Shown here piece by piece: positions 9,098 through 18,975 of a stretch of 32,884 nucleotides of DNA. The DNA is from an uncultured cyanobacterium (GTDB lineage Bacteria > Cyanobacteriota > Cyanobacteriia > Leptolyngbyales > Leptolyngbyaceae), in assembly GCA_963766075.1 (NCBI GenBank), contig CAVYAN010000028.1:1-32884 (forward strand). Direction: 5' to 3'. A model generated the notes under the pieces. The model was not told where the DNA came from and searched no databases. It saw nothing but the letters and a program-made list of their open reading frames with translations. The translations under genes were made by a program, and so were the position numbers. Each line of letters starts with the position of its first letter. Positions within the stretch are counted from its first letter, which is position 1.

Positions 9098-9781
9098 ATG
9101 ACTGAATCAACTAGTGATAATCGTTCGGTATACAGATTTCGATGGATTGGCTATGGATTGCTGATCTTTTCGCTCATTGATAGTGTGCAGTTATTTATTC
9201 CTCCGGATTTTACAAATCCGTCCTGGGAATTACAAACCATTGGCGCATTAGTAGAGCGTGTGCCTGTGCCTTTACTCGGCTTAACGCTGGTCTTTTTTGG
9301 AGAATTTTACGATCGCATCGGCATCGAGCGCATCGTATTGCGAGTTTTGTCCTGGATCTGCCTAGGACTCGCTATTCTGTTTTTGCTCATGATTCCGCTG
9401 GGGATCATGAACACGACGCGCATTGATGCAGGATCGGAGCAACAGGTCAATCGTCAGGTAGAGCAACAAATGTCTCAACTGAAGCAGTTGGAAGATCAAC
9501 TGAATCAGAGCAAACCAGAAGATATTAAAACCTTGGGATCCCAACTGAGTAATTTTGGTATCAGCGTCGATACCCAAAAGCCCGAGGATTTGAAGGCCGA
9601 AATTATTACTCGGATCAATCGCGTCAGGGGTGAAGTGCTGGCTCGTTCCCAGGCGAGTCGCTCAAACCAGAAAATGGTCTTGTTCAAAAATTCGCTGAAG
9701 TGGAACTTGGGCGCGTTGATCGCGGCGGCGCTGTTTTTTATCGTGTGGAAAAGCACTGATTGGGCCAGAAAAACGGGGTAA
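9098..9781 (+). CDS. HpsJ-like protein, cyanoexosortase A-associated
   Basis: GYGLLIFSLID...PPDFTNPSWELQTIGALVERVPVPLLGL, a Q-rich coiled coil, and C-terminal KWNLGAL TM. AAGGAG SD upstream. Confidence 0.85.
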   Translation: MTESTSDNRSVYRFRWIGYGLLIFSLIDSVQLFIPPDFTNPSWELQTIGALVERVPVPLLGLTLVFFGEFYDRIGIERIVLRVLSWICLGLAILFLLMIPLGIMNTTRIDAGSEQQVNRQVEQQMSQLKQLEDQLNQSKPEDIKTLGSQLSNFGISVDTQKPEDLKAEIITRINRVRGEVLARSQASRSNQKMVLFKNSLKWNLGALIAAALFFIVWKSTDWARKTG

Positions 9782-9814
9782 TGCCCAATTTAGGCAATGC
9801 CATCACTCCCGACC

Positions 9815-9851
9815 AAAAAAATCCGACTTTTGTCAGAAAGGTCGGATTTTT
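9815..9851. terminator. Bidirectional intrinsic terminator between convergent operons
   Basis: AAAAAAATCCGACTTTT-GTCAG-AAAGGTCGGATTTTT. Confidence 0.8.
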
Positions 9852-9905
9852 CAGCGCTTTTCTGCATCGGGCTTAATCTCAGTAAAGGTACTGGGAGCGG
9901 TGGAA

Positions 9906-10634
9906 TTAACCCACTGGGGTAGTCGTTAGCTGCATGACATCTTCAGGTTTGAGGTCGGCGTGCATGACAGCACCATCCTTAAACCAGATCACCCGTCGGG
10001 TGCATCGGGCTACATCAGGTTCGTGAGTCACCATGACTACGGTCATGCCGCTGTTATTGAGTTCCGTGAAGATGTGGAGAATTTCCTGGGTGGTATGGGA
10101 GTCTAGAGCGCCGGTGGGTTCGTCTGCCAGCAACAGCACGGGTCGGTTGACAATGGCTCGGGCGATCGCCACCCGCTGTTGCTGCCCCCCCGAAAGTTGC
10201 GTCGGCTTATTCCCCATCCGATTGGCCAAGCCAACGCGAGTCAGAGCCTCGGAGGCGCGATCGCGGCGCTCTTTGTCCGGTACATTGGCATAGACCATCG
10301 GCAGCATGACATTTTCTAGCGCAGATAACTGTGGCAGCAAATGAAACTGCTGAAACACAAACCCCAGCTTGCGGTTACGGACATGGGCCAAGGCCGTATC
10401 GTCCAATTGGGCGACATCCTCGCCATCCAGGTAATACCGACCCGATGTGGGACGATCCAGACAGCCAATGATGTTCATCATGGTCGATTTGCCGGAACCC
10501 GATGCGCCCATGATTGAGCAATAGGCACCCTGCTCAACGACCAGATTCACGCCTGACAAAGCCCGGACTTCGGTTTCACCAGCCCCGTAGATCTTGAAAA
10601 CCTCTTCGAGTCGAATAATGACGGAACCAGCCAT
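9906..10634 (-). CDS. ABC transporter ATP-binding protein (MacB/LolD-like)
   Basis: [38 protein letters not shown]. Confidence 0.95.
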   Translation of the reverse strand: MAGSVIIRLEEVFKIYGAGETEVRALSGVNLVVEQGAYCSIMGASGSGKSTMMNIIGCLDRPTSGRYYLDGEDVAQLDDTALAHVRNRKLGFVFQQFHLLPQLSALENVMLPMVYANVPDKERRDRASEALTRVGLANRMGNKPTQLSGGQQQRVAIARAIVNRPVLLLADEPTGALDSHTTQEILHIFTELNNSGMTVVMVTHEPDVARCTRRVIWFKDGAVMHADLKPEDVMQLTTTPVG

Positions 10635-10682
10635 AGAAAAAAGGGAATAAAGAATGGAAAAGACTCAGATCGGGTAGAGAAA

Positions 10683-11900
10683 TTAGATGCTGCGAAGGGC
10701 AACGATGGGGTCCAGTTTGGCAGCTTGGCGGGCCGGAAATACGCCAAAAAATAAGCCGATGGTACCGGAAACGCCCACTGCGAGAGCGATCGCCGTGGGA
10801 GAAATCGCAGCCTTCAGCGGACTAAAGGTGCCCACCAAGGCAATGCCGCCTGCACCCACCAAGGTCCCTAGCAGTCCCCCCATCGCCGAGAGGATGACGG
10901 CTTCGATGATAAACTGAATCAGAATATCCTGCTGGGAGGCCCCAATCGCCTTTCTTAAACCAATTTCTGATGTGCGCTCCGTCACCGAAACCAACATGAT
11001 ATTCATAATGCCAATCCCTCCCACCAGGAGGGATATCGCCGCAATCGCGGCCAGCATAGCGGTTAAGCCGCCGGTAATCGTCCCGACAATCCGCAAAATA
11101 TCCTTCTGGGTTTGAACGGTAAAGTCGTCTTCTGTTGTGATTTTGTGGCGCAGACGCAATAGGTTAGTAATTTGGAATTCGGCGGCGCGAATGCTGGCTT
11201 CATCCTTGGCCGTAATCGAAATAAAGGTGAGGTCAAGGCCGTAGGGCGAGGTCCGACCCGCCAACCGATTGGCCTGCGTGGAGATGGGAATGTAGGCGGC
11301 ATCGTCTTGGTTGCTGCCCAGGAAGGATCCTTTGGCTTGCAGCACGCCAATCACTTGAAAATTAATGCCCTTAATACGGATTTGTTCACCAATGGGGTCA
11401 CGGTTGCCAAAAAACTTAGTCGCAATTTCTGCTCCCAGGGCTACCACCAGGGTGTTGCGCTCAACATCCTGATCGGTAATGAAGCGGCCCTTGGCCATAT
11501 CAAAACTGCGGACGGACAGGAATTCTGGGGTCGTGCCCACCACCAAGGAATTGCTGTTGAGGCTCCGGTAGACAATGGGCAGTTGACTTTGGCGCTGGGC
11601 GGCGACTTCGCGGATAGAAGGGACTTGAGAGGCGATCGCCTTGGCATCCTCTAGAACCAGAGTCCGAGGAAAATCTGTGGTGCGGTTGCGGGCTTCGCGG
11701 GCACCAGGCGTCACGAATAGTACGTTTGGACCTAAGGATTCAAACTGTTCTGCCGCTAACCGTTGTGCCCCCTGACCAATGCCAATCATGGCAATCACAG
11801 AGGAATTGCCAATGATAATCCCAAGCATGGTTAAGGTACTACGCAGCTTGTTGGCTGCCAGCGTCTTGACCGCCATCTTTCCACTTTCGAACAAATCCAT
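10683..11900 (-). CDS. ABC transporter permease (MacB/FtsX-type)
   Basis: NKLRSTLTMLGIIIG, GGIGIMNIMLVSVTERTSEIGLRKAIGA, PARQAAKLDPIVALR. Confidence 0.95.
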   Translation of the reverse strand: MDLFESGKMAVKTLAANKLRSTLTMLGIIIGNSSVIAMIGIGQGAQRLAAEQFESLGPNVLFVTPGAREARNRTTDFPRTLVLEDAKAIASQVPSIREVAAQRQSQLPIVYRSLNSNSLVVGTTPEFLSVRSFDMAKGRFITDQDVERNTLVVALGAEIATKFFGNRDPIGEQIRIKGINFQVIGVLQAKGSFLGSNQDDAAYIPISTQANRLAGRTSPYGLDLTFISITAKDEASIRAAEFQITNLLRLRHKITTEDDFTVQTQKDILRIVGTITGGLTAMLAAIAAISLLVGGIGIMNIMLVSVTERTSEIGLRKAIGASQQDILIQFIIEAVILSAMGGLLGTLVGAGGIALVGTFSPLKAAISPTAIALAVGVSGTIGLFFGVFPARQAAKLDPIVALRSI

Positions 11901-11956
11901 TGTGCTGTTCCTGCAAAGCTAGGCGTAATCTAGGGGTTTGGGCGATTCATTGTTGA

Positions 11957-12003
11957 GGCTTTGGGCGCTGGGCTTTGGATACTGGGCTTTGAATGCTGGG
12001 CTT
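11957..12003. repeat. 14-bp (2x7) tandem repeat x3.4, STRR-like, in the intra-operon spacer
   Basis: GGCTTTGGGCGCTG / GGCTTTGGATACTG / GGCTTTGAATGCTG / GGCTT. Confidence 0.8.
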
Positions 12004-12019
12004 CATCAAAACACGCGGG

Positions 12020-13366
12020 CTATTTCTGGTCATCTATGCCCTTGATAATGGTCTCTAGCTTCTGCCCCTCGGGCAAAGCCACAAACACCGCCTCCCCAGA
12101 CTCGATACCATCCATAATTTGGGTTTCATTGCCAATGTTAGGCCCAATGGTCACAGGCTTAAACTTCGGCTTTTTATCGGTGCCGACCACCAGCACCCCT
12201 GTTTGTCCTTTATTCGTGACGATCGCCACCGTCGGCACAATCAGAGCATTGGCCAGCTTTTCACCCAAGAACTTTAAATCTATGGTCATTTTGGAACGGA
12301 GTTTTTCCTTCCCATCCAGAATCCGCACCCGCACCTCAAATGTCCTCACTCCCCGTTGGGTAGAGTCTTCAATCGCCTCTGGGGCAATCAAGCGGACTGC
12401 TCCCTTGAAAACTTGCTTTGGATAAGCATCGGTCTGGATTTCAGCCAATTGCCCCGGCTTAATTTGGCCAATGTCCACTTCTGGAACCTTGGCCACGATT
12501 TCCAAATCACTGGCCAGGGTAGCCACTAGAGTCGCCGAACCGGTATTGGAAGAGAAACTCGTGGGAGTGACAAAAGCGCCATTATCCGCCTGGGTCTGCG
12601 TGATAATTCCGGCAAACGGAGCCCTGATGAAGGTGTCTTCCAGTTGGGTGTTAATGCCCTGTACCTGGGCTTCTGCAGATTTGACCTGAGCGGCAGCTTG
12701 GGCAATTTCCTGGATACGAGGACCATTCTGCTGCTGCTGGAGCTGCTGGTTGGCATTGATCAGCCGCGCTTGAGCTTGGTCAAGGTTGGCTCGGGCGCTG
12801 AGTTCAGCCTTGGCAAACTGATCCAAACTATCGCGGCTGATGGCTCCGGCGATCGCTAAGTCCTGGTTGCGCCGCAACTGCTCCGTGGCCAAACTCAGCT
12901 TTGCTTCGGCATCCTTGACCTGGGCAGTGGCTTGGTCGGCGCTGGAGGCGGCTTGATCAATCACTTCTGGGCGGGTACCAGCTTTGAGTAAATCTAGGCT
13001 GGCGCGGGCTTTATCAAGCTCGGCTTGGGCTTGGGCAAGCTGAGCCTGTAGGTTGCGGTTTTCCATGCGGGCGATCAGTTGCCCTGCCCGAACGCGATCG
13101 CCCTGTTTGACCAAACGCTCCTCCAAGATGCCTGCGGTTTTGGGATTTAAGTTGACCGTTTTGACGGGCACCACTTCTCCACTGGCCGCAATTTCTACGG
13201 TGACGTTCTTAGCCGTGGCTGGGACGGTCAACTCATCCAGATTTTGCGGGGGGGAAGCTTTGCGGATAACCATAGGAACGACAATGGCCATGCCCACAAC
13301 GCCCAGGGTGGCGATCGCCAAAATCCAAGGTATTGATTTCTTTTTGCCAGCAAGGGGAAGTTGCAT
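12020..13366 (-). CDS. Efflux periplasmic adaptor (HlyD/MacA-family membrane fusion protein)
   Basis: ATG at 13366 (MQLPLAGKKK + TM). Lipoyl half-motifs VKQGDRVRAGQLIA and IRAPFAGII flank a long A/Q coiled coil; VPEVDIGQIKPGQ. Confidence 0.92.
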   Translation of the reverse strand: MQLPLAGKKKSIPWILAIATLGVVGMAIVVPMVIRKASPPQNLDELTVPATAKNVTVEIAASGEVVPVKTVNLNPKTAGILEERLVKQGDRVRAGQLIARMENRNLQAQLAQAQAELDKARASLDLLKAGTRPEVIDQAASSADQATAQVKDAEAKLSLATEQLRRNQDLAIAGAISRDSLDQFAKAELSARANLDQAQARLINANQQLQQQQNGPRIQEIAQAAAQVKSAEAQVQGINTQLEDTFIRAPFAGIITQTQADNGAFVTPTSFSSNTGSATLVATLASDLEIVAKVPEVDIGQIKPGQLAEIQTDAYPKQVFKGAVRLIAPEAIEDSTQRGVRTFEVRVRILDGKEKLRSKMTIDLKFLGEKLANALIVPTVAIVTNKGQTGVLVVGTDKKPKFKPVTIGPNIGNETQIMDGIESGEAVFVALPEGQKLETIIKGIDDQK

Positions 13367-14121
13367 AAACAGGACCAACCTGAATTGGTAAATGCCACAG
13401 GAAACAAAAAATAAAACCCACAGGGCACTGTGAAACCGCTGGGGCAATCGCCTGAGCCTACAGGCTTGATCTCTTGATCTACAGACTGAACCGCCTTCTG
13501 GATCAGATTCCAAAAATAGGGACCATAAATCGGGGGTTTCTCCCTGATTCTAGCGATTCGACCGAAGCATCGGTTTGTCAGGGCGTTGTTCCCAAGGCTC
13601 CTCGATTTTCTATATGTTTAAATGTAACGTATCCTCATCAAGAAGCTGTCCGGATATCAGAAACTCTGAGAAGATATGCCCCTGGTTGACTGTTCCTGGT
13701 TAACTAAGAGCACCCTTCACTAACCATGCTCTTAAATTAAAGTCTTCATACAGCCTGTCCCTGCAGAACGCCTAAGCGGGAAACAGCAGCCAGGAAAAGG
13801 CAGCCCAGGAAAAGCTTTTTCGGAAACTACAAGTTCCCAAGGCTCTGCGGATATGATGGGCTTAGAAAATACCTAAAAGGGGCTTTGTGCCGGACCAATG
13901 TACTTTTGCTGGACCAATATACTTTTTTGTAGTCGCCCCCTAAGGGCGGGTTCCAAAGCTTGGAGGCAGATGATTGTGCTGAAGTATACACTTTGGTTTC
14001 TGTAAAAATTACACAAACTTTGCGGATACGCCCACAGATTCGTTGCATTCAGTAAAATAGGCGAACTGATGCGATCAGCGCTTTTTCCCGCCTTGAGCAA
14101 AAGCCCCTTGAGCAAGAGCCT

Positions 14122-15313
14122 ATGAGTCCTTTGCCTGACCAGTCCTCCACCCCCCCGAGTCCTGCTGTGCCTGAAGAATCGATTTTGGACAAGCAATCTA
14201 CATCTGACAAAAAGCAGGGAATCCTTATGAATACGGATGCGCCTTCGGATCCCGTTGACCTCAACGCTACTCCTGAAGCCGTTGCCGATTCACCCTTACC
14301 CAAGCGACCGCTGATGCGACCCGTTAATCGCCCCACCCCCCCTGCTTCTCCACCCACACCTCCCGCAGCACTTCCCGTTCGTCCTGTCGCGCCGGCTCCG
14401 ACCAAGGCCGAGGTTGTGGCTGTGGTTCCGGCAGCAGCGGCGGCTGTGCCCGTTGAACCTGCCCCGGAGCCTGCGGGAAGCAGCCGTCATTGTCCCATCC
14501 CCCCACCGAGTGAACCCAAGCAGTATCGGGCGATCGGGCTAGTGCGTGGGCGCTACGTCGCTACCGAAGAACAGTTCACGCGGGGTGAAATGACCACCAG
14601 CGATGGCACTGCTGTGGAGGCTGTATTGCTGGGGCGCGTCATGAGCTTGGTGAAGAATCACCTGGATTTGAATGAAGAGCATCTCTGGGTGGTTTATCCG
14701 CGGACTCGAGAGATTGAACAGGATTTACACCTACAGATTGTGGGCGTTTGGGAACCGGAAAAACTTCAGAAGGTGGACGAGGCCGACGGCGAAGCAAAGG
14801 ACGCCGAACTTACTCCCCGGATAGAGGATACTCTCCCCCGGTTACGACGACGACTATTTCTCGATTCGAGGAGAAGTGGTCTTCTATGCCCCAGATAGTC
14901 AAAAAATTGTTGTTAAAATTCAACAGGCACCGCGCAAAGCGGCAGATAAGGCAAAGGCATTTAAGCTGCAACTTGAGGGGGCGCTGGCGACAGAGAAGGC
15001 CGTGGGCTACTTCTGGGATTTCCAGGTCAATCGAAAAGGCAAGTCCCTTTCTGTGGTTTCGGCAACTGCCATTGGTCTAGTACCGCCAAAGAAGCGGCCC
15101 CCGGGTGGTTTTGCAAAAGGACCCCGCCGGAGTGGTCCACCGCGAGACGGTGCCCGCAGTGGACCGCCGCGTGAGGGCGCGCGCATGGGGCCACCCCGCG
15201 CGGCGAGTGGGGGATCTCCGATTCGGCGTGAAGCAGGAGCGGCGGGGGCAACTGGGGGAGCGACTGGGGCTCCCAAACCCGTGAAGCGGACCTCTCCTAA
15301 ACCAGAAGAATAG
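14122..15313 (+). CDS. Conserved cyanobacterial hypothetical protein (frameshift in the C-run at 14835-14839)
   Basis: Pro-rich N-terminus, then PIPPPSEPKQYRAIGLVRGRY...HLWVVYPRTR...LHLQIVGVWEPE. Removing one C gives PGYDDDYFSIRGEVVFY, joining ORF 14876-15313. The start could be 14227. Confidence 0.8.
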
Positions 15314-15318
15314 GTTTT

Positions 15319-16500
15319 CTAGTCCATTTCGATTTGCGATCCCCACACATCTTGGGGCAAAAAGGCGCGATCGCTGGGGATCGGAGCCACAAATTCTGTG
15401 AGCGTGAAGGTCCCTGCCTCAATCCACTGCTTCAGTTCCAGGGCCACTTGGCGCGATAAATACAGGCTCGCTAAAGGTGCCACTCGGACACTTTTGCCTT
15501 CTATGGTGATCCGGCCAGCTTTGAGCTGGGCATAGCTGACCAGGCCAAAAGTTGGCCGCACCCGCCGAGGAATAGAAAAATCCACGATGGGGGCGGCTAG
15601 CTCCTGATCCTGCACCGCACATCGCCGGACTACTTCTTCATTCAAAACCGGCAAGGGAATGCCCACTCCCAGCATCACCGAAGGACCATAGTTGCGAAAA
15701 AAACACCCTCGTACCCATTTAGCATTCATTTGCTTGGCATCGCCAATCAGAGCCAGAGTGGCCGCTGGACCAATGGGAGTGCGGTTTGGGAGCCGTTTTT
15801 GGAGCGGGAAGTGCTGGGTGCCTTCCCAGGAAACGTAGCCAATGCCACCGCCAAAGAAAATTCGCGTGCCAATCCCAATTAGCTGTAAGTCGGGATCATT
15901 CAATAACGGGGAAAGTGCGCCGGGATTCGAGTAGACGGCGTTGCCTAGGCGGGGTTGGAGAGGACCAAGGTAAGTGAATAGGGGGCGATCGCCCCCGTTT
16001 ACCCCCACAATAAAGTTTTGATAGACATTGCGGGGATTAAACAGATAGAACTGGTTGATCGTGTCCTTGGTGATGGTCGTTTCAAAGGAAGCCCGAGGAT
16101 AGCAGTCTGTTACCTGTCCCAATGCCTTTAAGTGAACGGGTTTACCAGCAATCAGACTTTCTAAGACAAATCCACCGCCATTGTCTCGCGCTTCTTCTCC
16201 ATCCGCCGTTTCGCCAACTTGGGTAGCACCCAAATACAAATCGACGGCCCCAAACCCCGAATAAGCGGGCACACCATCTAGCCAGCACTGGCGAATTTTA
16301 ATCGGTGGATCCGTATGCCCCAGGTTGATGATTGCCCCGGAGGACTCCATGGGTTCAAAGGTACCTGTGGTGATCACGTCTACCTGCTTAGCGGCTTGGG
16401 TTACACCGACTTCAGCAACACGGGCTTTGAGTTCTTCCACAGTCCAGACCGTAGCGCGCTGGTGCAGAATTTTGTCGTTAATTTCGGGAATGGTGGGCAT
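15319..16500 (-). CDS. Homocysteine biosynthesis protein (DUF39, aspartate-semialdehyde sulfurtransferase family)
   Basis: MPTIPEINDKI...VDVITTGTFEPMESSGA...AVDLYLGAT...VTDCYPR...LFNPRNVYQN...IGIGTRIFFGGG...VSWEGTQH. Confidence 0.88.
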   Translation of the reverse strand: MPTIPEINDKILHQRATVWTVEELKARVAEVGVTQAAKQVDVITTGTFEPMESSGAIINLGHTDPPIKIRQCWLDGVPAYSGFGAVDLYLGATQVGETADGEEARDNGGGFVLESLIAGKPVHLKALGQVTDCYPRASFETTITKDTINQFYLFNPRNVYQNFIVGVNGGDRPLFTYLGPLQPRLGNAVYSNPGALSPLLNDPDLQLIGIGTRIFFGGGIGYVSWEGTQHFPLQKRLPNRTPIGPAATLALIGDAKQMNAKWVRGCFFRNYGPSVMLGVGIPLPVLNEEVVRRCAVQDQELAAPIVDFSIPRRVRPTFGLVSYAQLKAGRITIEGKSVRVAPLASLYLSRQVALELKQWIEAGTFTLTEFVAPIPSDRAFLPQDVWGSQIEMD

Positions 16501-16715
16501 AGCAAAAAAGAAAGTGAAAGAGAACGTTGCGGGGGGCAGGTTCAACAGAGAGCAAGGCTGAAAAATTGCAAAACTCGAAGGACTCTGTTTACTTTACCGA
16601 TCTATTCACTCTATTCATGGGATAGAGAGGACAAATTCAAATCAGCGCTCTTCACTCCGCGGACCAGCTTACAATGCTCAATGTAAGGATACAGAGTGGC
16701 ATAGGAATCAAAACA

Positions 16716-16928
16716 ATGGCATTGAAACGTGGCGATATGGTCCGCGCTGTGCGGGAACGGTTAGAAAATAGTCTAGAAGCCCAAGCCAGTGATCCACGGT
16801 TTCCCTCCTACCTATTTGAAACGGCAGGAGAAGTCGTGGATCTAAGTGGTGATTATGCACTGGTTAAGTTTGGCATCGTACCGACGCCCAATATTTGGCT
16901 GCGTGAAGACCAACTGGAATCCTTTTAA
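16716..16928 (+). CDS. ndhO: NDH-1 subunit O
   Basis: [35 protein letters not shown]...[14 protein letters not shown], 70 aa. Confidence 0.93.
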   Translation: MALKRGDMVRAVRERLENSLEAQASDPRFPSYLFETAGEVVDLSGDYALVKFGIVPTPNIWLREDQLESF

Positions 16929-17080
16929 GGAACGGCATGCTAGGGCTAACACGCCTCCCATTTCGACTCGACACAAGCGGCTGAATTTGCGGCAATCTGG
17001 GTTAGATTGATCGGTATACTGTTGCCTAGAGTCAGCATTTCCTGGGTCTAGGCAGGCATACCTTTAGTGAGGCCACACCC

Positions 17081-18052
17081 ATGGTTTTACGTCCTGCGGC
17101 GATCGCCTGTGACACTCCCCGAGTCACCATTGTGGGGTCTGGCTATGTGGGCAGCACCCTAGCCCAGCGTATTGCCGAAAAGAATATCGCTGACGTCGCA
17201 CTAGTCGATATTATTCGCGGGCGGCCCCAAGGCATCGCACTAGACCTGATGGAGGCTCGGGGCGTTGAGCGGCACGATCGCCAAATTCTGGGCACGAATG
17301 ACTTTGCCGACACCGCTCATTCCCACGTGATTGTCATTACCGCTGGGCTGCCCCGCAAACCCGGCATGAGCCGCGAAGATCTGACGCGGACCAACGCCAT
17401 GATTGTTCAGGATGTCACCAAGCGGGCCATCCAGTATTCTCCCAACGCCGTCATCATTGTAGTAACCAATCCCCTGGATGTGATGACCCATGTCGCTTGG
17501 CAATCTAGTGGTCTCCCACCACAGCAGGTTTTAGGCATGGCGGGTGTTTTAGACTCCGCTCGCTTTCAAACGTTTATTGCTATGGAGCTTGGCATCTCGA
17601 CCGCTGATGTCAATGCCACTGTACTGGGTGGTCATGGCGACATGATGGTGCCACTGCCTCGCTACTCCACCGTCAATGGGGTCCCAATCACCGATTTAAT
17701 GGACCAGACAACCATCGATCGCTTAGTCGAACGCACCCGTAACGGCGGCGCAGAAATCGTCGAGTTGCTTCAAACAGGTAGTGCTTACTATGCTCCTGCC
17801 TCCTCGGCCTGCGTGATGGTGGAATCAATTGTCTTAAATCAAGGACGAGTACTGCCCGTTGCCGCCTATCTCCAGGGAGAGTATGGTCTGCGGGATGTGT
17901 TTATCGGCGTACCGGCACGGCTACATTGTCGCGGCATAGAAAGCCTTTTACAACTGGATTTGACCCTCACTGAACTAGAGGCACTACACAAATCGGCAGC
18001 GGCAGTGAAGGCAAATATGCAGAGCCTAGGAACCATGCTCGCCCCTGTTTAG
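17081..18052 (+). CDS. mdh: Malate dehydrogenase (LDH-like type)
   Basis: GSGYVG Rossmann motif, TAGLPRKPGMSR (MDH-specific Arg), NPLD, LDSAR, LGGHGD, GSAYYAP. Confidence 0.93.
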   Translation: MVLRPAAIACDTPRVTIVGSGYVGSTLAQRIAEKNIADVALVDIIRGRPQGIALDLMEARGVERHDRQILGTNDFADTAHSHVIVITAGLPRKPGMSREDLTRTNAMIVQDVTKRAIQYSPNAVIIVVTNPLDVMTHVAWQSSGLPPQQVLGMAGVLDSARFQTFIAMELGISTADVNATVLGGHGDMMVPLPRYSTVNGVPITDLMDQTTIDRLVERTRNGGAEIVELLQTGSAYYAPASSACVMVESIVLNQGRVLPVAAYLQGEYGLRDVFIGVPARLHCRGIESLLQLDLTLTELEALHKSAAAVKANMQSLGTMLAPV

Positions 18053-18185
18053 AGCTTTATGGGCATTCGGGTCTCACCCATTAGCGAGTTGAAACAGCAC
18101 TTTGCGCTCACAAACCGCGTTTAGAGGGTTCGTTTGCATTCGGTTTTCACCCTATGTAAATACTTTGCGAATTGACAATTACTAC

Positions 18186-18223
18186 GTTATATTTGTTTAC
18201 ATAAGGTAACAAAGATTTACAAG
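18186..18223 (+). promoter_or_regulatory. Four phased HLR1-like (RpaB) half-sites, overlapping an NtcA-like box
   Basis: GTTATATT-tg-TTTACATA-ag-GTAACAAA-ga-TTTACAAG: 8-mers with 2-nt spacers, each at most 1 mismatch from (G/T)TTACA(T/A)(T/A). Confidence 0.6.
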
Positions 18224-18234
18224 CGAGGTGTTTC

Positions 18235-18465
18235 ATGGTTCTTCTAATTGCATTGTTTGTTGTCGGTTGGGTTGCAGCAGCGCTGTTGGGCACCCAAGCG
18301 TACTTCCGGGGTGAGCAATCCAAGCCCATCCACGAACGGAACTGGCGTTCGGCGTCCTTTGAGGTCCTCTCCGAGTCTCTAACGGGTAGCCGGATTGATT
18401 ACACTACACGGGTTCCCGCCTTCGTGACCGACTCCTACTCTAGTCAAATGCTGCCCGATGCCTAG
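18235..18465 (+). CDS. Small single-TM photosystem II protein, Psb35-related
   Basis: LFVVGWVAAALLGTQAYFRGEQSKPIHERNWRS, recognised from memory as a conserved cyanobacterial small protein family. GAGG SD upstream. Confidence 0.7.
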   Translation: MVLLIALFVVGWVAAALLGTQAYFRGEQSKPIHERNWRSASFEVLSESLTGSRIDYTTRVPAFVTDSYSSQMLPDA

Positions 18466-18554
18466 TGGGTTCCGGTGGATTTTAGAGAACATTCGATTAA
18501 ACCGAATTTAAATTGTCCGGTGCGCGATTGAATAGCCATACACCGGACACTGAA

Positions 18555-18590
18555 AGCGCCCAAACCGCATGGAATGGGCGCTATTTTTAT
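18555..18590 (+). terminator. Probable intrinsic terminator
   Basis: AGCGCCCA-N12-TGGGCGCT followed by ATTTTTAT. Confidence 0.6.
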
Positions 18591-18975
18591 ACTCAGGCCC
18601 TTGTCATCCTCACGCATTGCTGATGGAAATCTGAGTCTCTCAATTGCATCATCCCATCCAACCATTAAGCCCAATCATCTCGAAACGCTTCCTGTTCTAG
18701 ACCGATCCTCGCCCTAGGGTGTGAATCACGCGTAAAGTTTCCAGTCCTTACGCTCTAAGCAGCTCTGGGATTCCGTACAATTGCAGATGCTCTTAATCAG
18801 TCAAACCGAATAACTTATCATCGTAGGAGAGAGCACTTGCCTCAGTTTCACATCGACTGTACCGTTGATTGGCATAGCTGGTGTCACCTCTCCCGCCTAG
18901 ATTAAAAATTCTTTCCCTTGTCCGCACCGTTCATTTCAGCCACTTGCTTCTTTGCACTACCCCCTGAAATTCGTT

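Noticed and set aside
13474..14196. Short ORFs in the divergent promoter spacer
   Set aside because: Atypical composition and no motifs; more likely regulatory DNA. No exact NtcA or CRP box found by eye.
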